Positions 16,618 through 24,129 of a stretch of DNA of 24,129 bases are shown here, in pieces. The stretch is taken from the NCBI GenBank assembly GCA_964424315.1, contig CAYRIG010000001.1:1-24129 (forward strand). The letters are read 5' to 3'. The stretch comes from an uncultured Dehalococcoidia bacterium (GTDB taxonomy: Bacteria > Chloroflexota > Dehalococcoidia > Lucifugimonadales > OSU-TB39). Every line of letters begins with the position of its first letter. The first letter of the stretch is position 1. Below the pieces are notes generated by a model, which had not been told where the DNA came from, made no database searches, and saw only the letters and a list, made by a program, of their open reading frames with translations. The translations under genes and the position numbers were made by a program.

Positions 16618-17640
16618 TTATTGAAGTCTTCCATCTCTGTAGGCCTGTAGATAATTAACACAAAACTCATCCTTTCCTGTCAACATATCTATAGCCAAGC
16701 CCATTTTTTCAGAAGTTGTATCAATTTTATATACTTCTTCCAACTTTATTTGTATGGGATCTATCAAGCCTGCATTAATACCAGATTCTAGACCTAGGTA
16801 TATAAATGCCTGGTTAATTAATTTTCTCATTGGCATTCCAAATGAAACGTTGCTAAGACCCATACCTATATGTAACTGGCCCCCATATTCTTCCCTTATT
16901 TTTCTAACAGCATCAAAATAATGATTTCCGTATTCAGAATTGACTGAAATAGGAAATACAATTACATCTAAATAAATTTTATCCAACGAAAATCCTATTC
17001 GTGCCAATTCATCTAATATTTTTTTTGCATTTTCTATACGGTCATCTTCATCTTGGGGCATACCTGTTTCGCTAGTTGCCATTGCAATAACATTTGCTTT
17101 ATATGACAATGCCATCTCAAAAACTTCCGGGCGTTCAAAAGCCACTGAGTTAATTAGAGGAGAAACTCCATTATTTTTGTACGCTTTCAAACCAGCTTCG
17201 ATGATATCCGAGTTAGATGAATCTATACTGATTGGCACGGATGATGCTTTTTGCGCAACCTCAACAGTACGGGTCATGCATTTTTTCTGTATTTCTAAAT
17301 CATAATGTACTTCATCAACATTTATATCAACATAATCAGACCCCGCTTTAATTTGTTTATAAACAGCATTCTCAATATATTGTTCTCCTTCTAATTTCGC
17401 CTCTTCATCCTCCCCTATCAAATTAGTCATGGCTATTAGAAAATGCTTAATCTGTCCTTGTTGATATGGTTGGGTTTCTTTGAACCAATCAGGGACTTTC
17501 ATCAGGTTTTGGTCTCCAGATTTGTTTATGTAATTTACAGCCTCAAATCCGTCATCTGTCTTTACTATTCTTTTGCCATTCGAACGAAACACCCTCGTAG
17601 CATGGATGTTTTCACCTACAATTACAAATTTGTCGGGCAT
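16618..17640 (-). CDS. Methyltetrahydrofolate:corrinoid methyltransferase (AcsE / MetH pterin-binding domain family)
   Basis: IVGENI, AGSDYVDINVD, ISIDSS, LINSV, YLDVIVFPI, GLSNVSFGMP.RKLINQAF, LIDP; the conserved Asp/Asn pterin-binding positions are recognisable. Confidence 0.9.
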   Translation of the reverse strand: MPDKFVIVGENIHATRVFRSNGKRIVKTDDGFEAVNYINKSGDQNLMKVPDWFKETQPYQQGQIKHFLIAMTNLIGEDEEAKLEGEQYIENAVYKQIKAGSDYVDINVDEVHYDLEIQKKCMTRTVEVAQKASSVPISIDSSNSDIIEAGLKAYKNNGVSPLINSVAFERPEVFEMALSYKANVIAMATSETGMPQDEDDRIENAKKILDELARIGFSLDKIYLDVIVFPISVNSEYGNHYFDAVRKIREEYGGQLHIGMGLSNVSFGMPMRKLINQAFIYLGLESGINAGLIDPIQIKLEEVYKIDTTSEKMGLAIDMLTGKDEFCVNYLQAYRDGRLQ

Positions 17641-17685
17641 ATCACTAAAATTTCTCCGTTTATTTTATAGAAGGCTGGAGGCTTC

Positions 17686-18726
17686 TCAGCCTACCGAGTT
17701 TTCCTCAGTCCATTCTTTTACAGCCTTTGGTATTTCAAGCAAATTTTCTAACTTGGTGGCTAACGGTATCGCGCACTCAGGTGCTATAAGAGGAACTCCC
17801 GCATCCAAACACCTATACACTTCCTCTCTAACATCCTGTGGTCCTTTACTATATAAAGTAACCGGGTTATTAACATTACCAACAAGTTGTATTCGCCCAT
17901 CAACTATTTCCATCGCTTTAGCAGGGTCATTTCTAGAATCAAAATGAAAGGCAGCCATTTTATTTTGTGCTATATAATCCATCCTGTCCAAAGTATAACC
18001 ACAAATATGCAATATCAGAGGAACTTTTAACTCTTCTACAGCTTCTTGATGTATATCTAACAAAAACCTTTTATAATATTCTCCGCTTACTAAATCTCCT
18101 GTAGCATGGTCAGGGTATGTTAATACATCTGCTCCTGCGTCAATTTGCGCTTGACCAAATAATACAGATATCTCTTTTAATTTATCTAAGCACTTGATAG
18201 TCAATGCAGGATCATCAATTGACATAAGTAAAAAGGTTTCTACTCCAAAAACATGGTATGCCAAGGTCCACGGGCCCATAGTTTTACCAATAATTGCAAC
18301 CTCATCACCAAATTCTTGCTTTAGTATTTTTATTGAATCTATGATTGCCACATTATCTTGATGCTGTAAAAAATTATTTGGGATATTGATATCTTCAACA
18401 GATTTCCAAATAGGATTACTCATTCTCACAGTAGGCCAATTATCTTTCTGTTCCCATTGCATTTCACAACCCAATGCTGAAGATTCCTGAATAATAGTAA
18501 AATATGGAGCTATTGAATCAAACCCCAATTCTGTATACCCCGTAGAAGCTAATCTTGCATTAAGTTCAGGGTCTCTACAAGCATCTGGGAAAGGCGCATC
18601 GACTAAATCCATAAGCTCAACTGTTGCTACGTTCGTTGGATTTGAGACAGGAGTGCGATCAACCGGTAATCCATTAAGTGCATTCATAACTCTTTCTTTA
18701 GGCGTCATTTTTTCAATTGTAACCAT
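17686..18726 (-). CDS. MtaA/CmuA-family (UroD-fold) Zn-dependent corrinoid methyltransferase
   Basis: MTPKERV...DRTPV start, GPWTLA, ILHICG and APEC (putative His-x-Cys...Cys Zn ligands), VGNVNN; lacks the HemE RQAGR motif. ATG 18726 follows GGAGG. Confidence 0.88.
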   Translation of the reverse strand: MVTIEKMTPKERVMNALNGLPVDRTPVSNPTNVATVELMDLVDAPFPDACRDPELNARLASTGYTELGFDSIAPYFTIIQESSALGCEMQWEQKDNWPTVRMSNPIWKSVEDINIPNNFLQHQDNVAIIDSIKILKQEFGDEVAIIGKTMGPWTLAYHVFGVETFLLMSIDDPALTIKCLDKLKEISVLFGQAQIDAGADVLTYPDHATGDLVSGEYYKRFLLDIHQEAVEELKVPLILHICGYTLDRMDYIAQNKMAAFHFDSRNDPAKAMEIVDGRIQLVGNVNNPVTLYSKGPQDVREEVYRCLDAGVPLIAPECAIPLATKLENLLEIPKAVKEWTEENSVG

Positions 18727-18768
18727 TGATTTCCTCCACATTTTCTTTAGTTAATAAGCATAAGTTTT

Positions 18769-19443
18769 TCATTCTTGGGTGGAAAACCCTAGAGTATTTG
18801 TAGTCATTTGGCCCCTCATTGAGTCGGCATCCAACATATCTTGTGTTCCAGTTATATTTCGAGCATAAGGAAGAATAATGCGAATCAATTTATCTCTTCG
18901 ATATCCTCCAGGGAACATTACTTTAGTATTGTCTATTTTCTCCATATTTCCATATCTTACCAATCCCTGAATTGTTGCACGTTTACGCAATTCTGGGTTT
19001 TTAAATTCACCAGTTGTTGTCACTTCATAAATAGTTCTCCCGTTGTTATCGGAAGAATTTATAATCAAGGTTAAAGGAGAGCGAAGATCTTTAATGCTAA
19101 TCACACCATCTGGATGCTTGTGGTCAGCCGGCTTTTCTACGGCTAGTTTTATCAAAAATTTTACTGGACGCTCATATAATTCTCCATTAGGAAACTTGGC
19201 TTGGTTATTAGTATTGGGCACAGAAACCATTCCGCCCAAATTGATTAGCTGATCTCTTATTTCACTTATCCTGATTGAAACACCTGGAACCTTACTAAAT
19301 GTCCAAACAGTGTAAATACCGTTTTTTTCATATAAACCCACGCTGATATTATTAAAGTTAGGGTCAATGGATATTAGTTCCGAACAACTTCCAATCCTAT
19401 CTAAAACATCCTTGATATTTTCTTTATTAGCTAATTGATTCAT
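18769..19443 (-). CDS. Hypothetical protein (224 aa) with an internal two-fold repeat
   Basis: Long ORF embedded co-directionally in the operon with short gaps; no family recognised. Confidence 0.8.
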   Translation of the reverse strand: MNQLANKENIKDVLDRIGSCSELISIDPNFNNISVGLYEKNGIYTVWTFSKVPGVSIRISEIRDQLINLGGMVSVPNTNNQAKFPNGELYERPVKFLIKLAVEKPADHKHPDGVISIKDLRSPLTLIINSSDNNGRTIYEVTTTGEFKNPELRKRATIQGLVRYGNMEKIDNTKVMFPGGYRRDKLIRIILPYARNITGTQDMLDADSMRGQMTTNTLGFSTQE

Positions 19444-19463
19444 TTTATTGCCTTATTACTTAT

Positions 19464-20357
19464 TTATATTTTATCGCTTGAGTAATTTGAAACAACAGAT
19501 TTTATGGCAGAAATATGATCAGGTGTTGTGCCACAACATCCCCCAAATATATTTATTTTTATATCAATTAATTCTTTAACCTTATCAGCCATAAATTCAG
19601 GAGTTTCAGGGTAAATTATCCTACCATTAACAATTTTAGGAAACCCAGCATTACTGTGTATGACTAAAGGTCCGTCATCTACGGTTCTCATTATTTTCGC
19701 TATTTTAACCATGTTTTCTATACCATTTCCACAATTTGTTCCTACAGCATCTGCACCTTTTTTCCTAATTTCTTTAACCGCCTCTTCAGGAGTTACCCCC
19801 ATCATGGTAAAAAACCCCCTAGGACCTAAATCAAATGTCATTGTAGCCATTACCACTAAATTCGTGTTTCGTTTTGCAGATTCTACGGCCAAAAGAGTTT
19901 CTTCTAAAGAAGTCATGGTTTCTATTATTACTCCATCTGCTCCACCTTTCTCTAATGCCTGAATCTGTTCTGTAAATCCATCAAACATTTCCTGTTCACT
20001 CACAGGTCCTAAAGGTTGTAAGAATTCACCCGTAGGACCAACTGAACCGACAACAAATTTATCTCTAGGACATACACTCTTTGCATGTTGTGCCGCTTTC
20101 ATATTAATTTTTACCAAATCTTCTCTTAACCCATATTTAGCCAGCATGAAAGGATTACCGCCAAATGAATTTGTTAAAACTAAATCAGCTCCGCTTTTAA
20201 AATAATCATCTGCCATTTTGACAATCAAACCAGGATTGGTTAGGTTGAGCTCCTCAGGACATCCTCCCGGCTCCAATCCATTGCTCTGCAAATAAGTTCC
20301 TGTCGCACCGTCTGATAATAGATTGGAGCCACTTTCAATTTTTTTTAGCAAATCCAT
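19464..20357 (-). CDS. Stand-alone homocysteine S-methyltransferase domain protein (MetH N-terminal / Bmt-like)
   Basis: SDGATGT, GADLVLTNSFGG, GSVGPTG, IIETM, Zn ligands GTNC and GGCCGT. Preferred start is ATG 20357 (MDLLKK). Confidence 0.93.
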   Translation of the reverse strand: MDLLKKIESGSNLLSDGATGTYLQSNGLEPGGCPEELNLTNPGLIVKMADDYFKSGADLVLTNSFGGNPFMLAKYGLREDLVKINMKAAQHAKSVCPRDKFVVGSVGPTGEFLQPLGPVSEQEMFDGFTEQIQALEKGGADGVIIETMTSLEETLLAVESAKRNTNLVVMATMTFDLGPRGFFTMMGVTPEEAVKEIRKKGADAVGTNCGNGIENMVKIAKIMRTVDDGPLVIHSNAGFPKIVNGRIIYPETPEFMADKVKELIDIKINIFGGCCGTTPDHISAIKSVVSNYSSDKI

Positions 20358-20370
20358 TTCCAGTTTATCC

Positions 20371-20730
20371 TTAATATTCCATCCAATGGTCATAGGCACC
20401 AGGATCAGTTTTTCTTTTGCCTTCTCTGTCTAAATCCCTAATTCTTGCCACAAAGTCTTGTGGGAATTTCTCATTAAATCTATTAACCGTATCGTTCAAA
20501 ATATTGTTTATTTCCCCTTGTACAAAAAACGCTTCTCCCCAAATGAATCCGTTTAAATAATCGTCACTCCCATAACTATTTTCAAACATAGCGATAGCAT
20601 CAGCACCTTCTTGGAATCTATTATCTAATTGCCCAGATAATTTATCACCACCAAACACAACTTCTACTTGTAATGGGATTTCTTTCCAGTACAAAATACG
20701 AACACTGATATTTTCTACTTTATTGTTCAT
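20371..20730 (-). CDS. Small protein resembling the PF13769 'virulence factor' family
   Basis: ILYWKEIPLQV...LDNRFQEGADAIAM...SDDYL matches my recollection of the family pattern YW.DIP.QV...L..RF..A.D..AM....D.YL. ATG 20730 preferred. Confidence 0.7.
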   Translation of the reverse strand: MNNKVENISVRILYWKEIPLQVEVVFGGDKLSGQLDNRFQEGADAIAMFENSYGSDDYLNGFIWGEAFFVQGEINNILNDTVNRFNEKFPQDFVARIRDLDREGKRKTDPGAYDHWMEY

Positions 20731-20824
20731 TTTCTTTTCAAATTGATTCAGTACACTAATTACCAAAGATTAATCCACCTTAATCAACAATGTCTAAATA
20801 AAATAATGGCATTTAGTTAAAGGT

Positions 20825-20830
20825 ATTATA
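20825..20830 (-). promoter_or_regulatory. Possible -10 box for the methyltransferase operon
   Basis: Perfect TATAAT on the minus strand about 95 nt upstream of ATG 20730, back-to-back with the amidase promoter; -35 not evident. Confidence 0.3.
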
Positions 20831-20845
20831 CTATTTTTATATTTG

Positions 20846-20874
20846 TTGACCGTGATAAAAACCAATGTTAGACT
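20846..20874 (+). promoter_or_regulatory. Candidate sigma70 promoter for the amidase gene
   Basis: TTGACC (20846-20851), 17 bp, TAGACT (20869-20874), with an extended -10 TG. Confidence 0.65.
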
Positions 20875-20911
20875 CGAAATTGTTTGATTGTTTAATTTGG
20901 TAAGGTGAAAA

Positions 20912-22345
20912 ATGAACCCTAAAGAACTGGCCTTTAAACCCGCTTCAGCACTGCGGGATTTGATTTTGAAAAAAGAGATTTCCCCGGTTGAACTAACACA
21001 AGTTTATCTTGACCGAATAAATAATTTGGACCAAAATCTGAATTCTTTTATAACGACTATTCCAGAACAAGCTATTAAAGATGCTAAGTCAGCTGAAAAA
21101 GCTGTAATGGACAAAAGGATGCTTGGTCCTCTTCATGGCATTCCTATATCGATAAAAGACCTTGAATATACAAAGGACATAAAAACAACAATGGGTTCAT
21201 TGGTTTTTAAGAATAAGATTCCTGAATTCGATTCTATTGTGGTTGAAAGAATACGTCAATCTGGAGCTATAATTTTGGGAAAAACAAACACCCCAGAATT
21301 CGGACTTTTAGGATCCACAGAAAATAGATTGGGTGATTCCAAATGGCAAAATCATTGCAGAAATCCATGGAACACGGAAATGACATCTGGTGGTTCAAGT
21401 GGTGGTGCTGCTGCCGCTATATCATCTGGATTATGTGCTTTAGCCACAGGAAGTGACGGGGGAGGGTCAATAAGAATACCTGCTAGCTTTTGTGGTGTTT
21501 ACGGTATAAAACCAACCTTGGGAACGATTCCTAGGTACCCTGGTTTTCCTACTAAACCTATCGCTAACCAAACTAGTCAAGCCGGCCCCATAACTAGAAG
21601 CGTTAAAGATTCTATAATGTTGCTAAGTGTTCTTTCTGGACACGACGATAGGGACCCAATATCTCTTAAAAAACACCTCAATGAATTAACGGATTTAAAA
21701 GAGGCCAACTTTGATAAATTGCGAATTGGATGGATTGACCATTTCGGTTTTGGACAGATTGATGACGAAGTTACATCAATCTGCAAAAAAGCGGTCGAAT
21801 CACTACAACAAAAGGCAAATGTTGAATTAGTTAAAATCGACACAGGTGCTCCATTCGAAGCGTTTTGGACATTATTTAGCACAAATGTTTTCGCCTCATA
21901 TCACAAATTATATGAAAACAATAAATCTGAACTGGCTTGGTACACACAAAAATGTCTTGAATATGGATCTACAGTAACTGGAACTGATTACGCTCGTGCT
22001 GTAGGTGAAGTTGATATCATCAAGGCGAAATTCGCCTCCGCTTTTGAAAATTTTGATTTGATATTTACTCCAACAACTTCTGTTCCAGCATTCCCAATTG
22101 GCAACCCTCCTGAACAAATAAATGGCATTGAAGTAAATGAATTTTGGGGTGCATTTCCAAATACATTTCCTATAAATATGATAGGGAATCCTGCAGCCAG
22201 TATACCGTGTGGTTTTACTAAAAATAAACTCCCGGTAGGACTGCATATAATCGGCAAACCTAATGCTGAATCAACGATTCTATCGGCTTCTCTCAAATTA
22301 GAGTCCATTAATCCATGGATTCAGGAAATTCCTCCAGTTTCGTAA
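20912..22345 (+). CDS. Amidase-signature family enzyme (GatA-like fold; probably not GatA itself)
   Basis: Catalytic Lys in ISIKDL, GKTNTPEFG, SGGSSGGAAAA, GSDGGGSIRIPASFCG, PVGLHIIG; no gatC/gatB neighbours in the window. Confidence 0.92.
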   Translation: MNPKELAFKPASALRDLILKKEISPVELTQVYLDRINNLDQNLNSFITTIPEQAIKDAKSAEKAVMDKRMLGPLHGIPISIKDLEYTKDIKTTMGSLVFKNKIPEFDSIVVERIRQSGAIILGKTNTPEFGLLGSTENRLGDSKWQNHCRNPWNTEMTSGGSSGGAAAAISSGLCALATGSDGGGSIRIPASFCGVYGIKPTLGTIPRYPGFPTKPIANQTSQAGPITRSVKDSIMLLSVLSGHDDRDPISLKKHLNELTDLKEANFDKLRIGWIDHFGFGQIDDEVTSICKKAVESLQQKANVELVKIDTGAPFEAFWTLFSTNVFASYHKLYENNKSELAWYTQKCLEYGSTVTGTDYARAVGEVDIIKAKFASAFENFDLIFTPTTSVPAFPIGNPPEQINGIEVNEFWGAFPNTFPINMIGNPAASIPCGFTKNKLPVGLHIIGKPNAESTILSASLKLESINPWIQEIPPVS

Positions 22346-22366
22346 ATGCAGATCTTTACTAGAAAA

Positions 22367-23152
22367 TCAGTTCAGCACAATAAATTTATACACATGCCTT
22401 AGTTGGTTGTCAGAAAGTATAACGATTACCGCAGATAAAGCCAAAACGGTACCAAAAGGGATTGTTACTGAGCGTATATTTTTATCTATTATCATTTTAA
22501 TTACACTGAATACGGCACCAAGCATAATCGACAAATAAATTATTATTAAAGAATCTGGGAATCCAAAAAGTAATCCAGTAACCACTACCAATTTAATATC
22601 TCCTCCTCCAATAAACCCTGGATATGCATAATAAATCCCCGCTCCAAAAATCACCAAAACTATAGATGTAAAGCTTGTATTTATAATCGAACCCATATAT
22701 CCGTTCAGTCCTAAGAGCGTTCTTTCATAACCCATCACATTCCAAAAGGGGATTATAAATATCAAAATACAAATCAAAGGAAACGTTAGATGGTTTGGCA
22801 ACTTTCTGCTCTTGAAATCGATTACGGCCAAAAATAAAAAAACCACTATCCACAACAACTTGAATATGAAATCGAAGGTTAATCCATGTTGATAAAAAAG
22901 AGTAATCATGGATATCGCAACCGTCAATTCCAATAACAGTTGCGTCACACTTTTAATCCTTATGCTCCCTTTACTTCGGGTTAGCAAGAAAAGATTTCCA
23001 ATTATTGGCACTAAATAAAACTTCGGAAATCTAGATAAAAACCCTAGGTCAATAAATGTCTTTTTACCCTCAGTATCTGTATCCGGTAAAAACAAAAGAC
23101 TACATCTAAATAAAGTGGAACACACCAAAATGATTGCAAAAACTGTACCCAT
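22367..23152 (-). CDS. Prepilin peptidase (A24 family) with a degenerate N-terminal domain
   Basis: Catalytic Asp motifs AVIDFKSRKLPN and GGGDIKL; C-terminal IPFGTVL; multiple TM helices. ATG 23152 (or TTG 23155) follows GGAG. Confidence 0.85.
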   Translation of the reverse strand: MGTVFAIILVCSTLFRCSLLFLPDTDTEGKKTFIDLGFLSRFPKFYLVPIIGNLFLLTRSKGSIRIKSVTQLLLELTVAISMITLFYQHGLTFDFIFKLLWIVVFLFLAVIDFKSRKLPNHLTFPLICILIFIIPFWNVMGYERTLLGLNGYMGSIINTSFTSIVLVIFGAGIYYAYPGFIGGGDIKLVVVTGLLFGFPDSLIIIYLSIMLGAVFSVIKMIIDKNIRSVTIPFGTVLALSAVIVILSDNQLRHVYKFIVLN

Positions 23153-23317
23153 CAATTACTCCAATTAAATTTCCACCTATTATCTTAAATATATGACTCT
23201 AACATCTGCTACCAACAAATTAAACACATAATAACTAGAACAATTTTCTGCTTGCTTTTTAAAGCATAAAGTGGATTATTATGGCATAGTACAAACTATT
23301 AATATCAACGTGTTAAA

Positions 23318-24129
23318 ATGATAAAAAATCTATTCAAAATGGTTCTGTCATTAATATTAATGCTCTTTGCATCAACAATGCTTTTGGCTGGCTGTGAATC
23401 TTCTGAATCATCATTGGTTTTTTCTTCCCATCGTAATGGCAATTTAGATATATATTCAATAAATCCCACTACTTTAGAAGAAGTGAATTTGACCAATAGC
23501 AGATACGACGAATCTAAGCCCACAGTTGCAAAAAGCGGGAATGAAATCGTTTTCATAACAAAAGACGTAAATAGATACTCGATAGAAACCATGGCGATAT
23601 CTGGTGGACTTAGAACCCAATTAACTAAAAATTCTAATGACCTACCGCTGTTCAGCAACATTGAGTGGTCACCAAATTCTGATAGATTGTCGTTTATTCA
23701 ATCGATTACCTCTACTCCAGCAAAGTCCGGGTTATATATTGTTGAAACAAATGATAGTAATCCAATGAGATTAACTTCACTCAAGGTTCACACGGGTGGA
23801 AATTTTTCTAAAGATGGTTCAAGAGTAGTTTTCACAGTTGAAGATGCTTATCAACAAGGCACTTATGTGAGAAATCCAAATGGAGTAAACGAATATAGGC
23901 TAACGACAACAATCGACTCTAATCCAATGTGGTCGCCTGTTGCCAATAAAATCGCTTACGTTTCTGAAACCAACTATACATCAGATATTTACCTGATGGA
24001 TGATGATGGTTCAAATATAAAAAGGTTAACGAATGACTCATATATAAAAAGCAATATCTCCTGGTCACCAGATGGCAGGTATATCCTATTTGTTTCAAAA
24101 CATAGCTGTTGGGACCGTGTTGACCTTTT
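23318..24129 (+). CDS. TolB-like / PD40 beta-propeller lipoprotein, partial (runs off the right edge; missing from the ORF track)
   Basis: Manual translation MIKNLFKMVLSLILMLFASTMLLAGC (lipobox LAGC, Cys at 23393), then VFSSHRNGNLDIY, WSPNSDRLSF, WSPVANKIAY, DIYLMDDDGSNIKRLT, WSPDGRYILF; open to the window end. Confidence 0.9.
   Translation, partial: MIKNLFKMVLSLILMLFASTMLLAGCESSESSLVFSSHRNGNLDIYSINPTTLEEVNLTNSRYDESKPTVAKSGNEIVFITKDVNRYSIETMAISGGLRTQLTKNSNDLPLFSNIEWSPNSDRLSFIQSITSTPAKSGLYIVETNDSNPMRLTSLKVHTGGNFSKDGSRVVFTVEDAYQQGTYVRNPNGVNEYRLTTTIDSNPMWSPVANKIAYVSETNYTSDIYLMDDDGSNIKRLTNDSYIKSNISWSPDGRYILFVSKHSCWDRVDL

Noticed and set aside
17686-18726. Uroporphyrinogen decarboxylase HemE
   Set aside because: Lacks the RQAGR motif, has HxC...C Zn ligands, and sits among corrinoid genes.
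12785-20730. Wood-Ljungdahl pathway or reductive dehalogenase locus
   Set aside because: AcsE-like and RACo genes are present, but there is no acsB/CODH, AcsC/AcsD or rdhA; the corrinoid protein is the DxHxxG His-on type.
20731-20911. Cobalamin or SAM riboswitch upstream of the methyltransferase operon
   Set aside because: The region is short and AT-rich, lacks B12-box or S-box motifs, and is largely occupied by divergent promoter elements.
20912-22345. gatA (Glu-tRNA amidotransferase subunit A)
   Set aside because: Stand-alone gene with its own promoter, no gatC/gatB nearby, and the motifs fit generic amidases.
529-23661. Short opposite-strand or nested ORFs in the track (e.g. 529-717, 677-931, 3599-4045, 8064-8618, 15968-16558, 17573-17947, 19660-19962, 21577-22308, 23305-23661)
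   Set aside because: All lie within or antisense to well-supported genes and show no recognisable motifs; treated as shadow ORFs.
24100-24129. Terminal residues (HSCWDRVDL) break the PD40 repeat pattern
   Set aside because: Too short to interpret; may be natural divergence or a contig-end artefact, and it matches no adapter I recognise.
1-24129. CRISPR arrays, tRNA/rRNA genes, IS elements, prophage genes
   Set aside because: No regularly spaced repeats, cloverleaf-compatible segments, transposase or phage motifs were seen; intergenic gaps are all under about 240 bp.

Overview
AT-rich (roughly 35% GC by eye), gene-dense bacterial chromosomal window with no rRNA, tRNA, CRISPR or mobile element that I can support. 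The gene mix is suggestive of a free-living Chloroflexota (SAR202/Dehalococcoidia-like) genome; this is inference, not demonstrated. Left part: queA (partial), folD, a divergent metF, acpS, nnr, menG/ubiE, an Ldh_2-family oxidoreductase and an LPxTG-type surface protein. Next come a small Zn-finger gene, an LprG/LppX-like lipoprotein with a P55(Rv1410c)-like MFS transporter, thyX, an SDR and a GHL10-like TIM-barrel protein. The centrepiece (about 12.8-20.7 kb, minus strand) is a nine-gene corrinoid methyl-transfer cluster: a PF13769-like protein, a stand-alone homocysteine methyltransferase, an unknown internally duplicated protein, an MtaA/CmuA-type Zn methyltransferase, a methyl-THF (pterin-binding) methyltransferase, a corrinoid protein, a small 4-Cys protein, a RACo-type ATP-dependent corrinoid reactivator and a 2-hydroxyacid dehydrogenase. 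It reads as a split methionine synthase with an extra input/output module for an unknown methylated substrate. The right end holds an amidase, a prepilin peptidase lacking Zn-binding cysteines and a partial TolB-like lipoprotein. Family assignments come from motifs and remembered family features; no searches were run.
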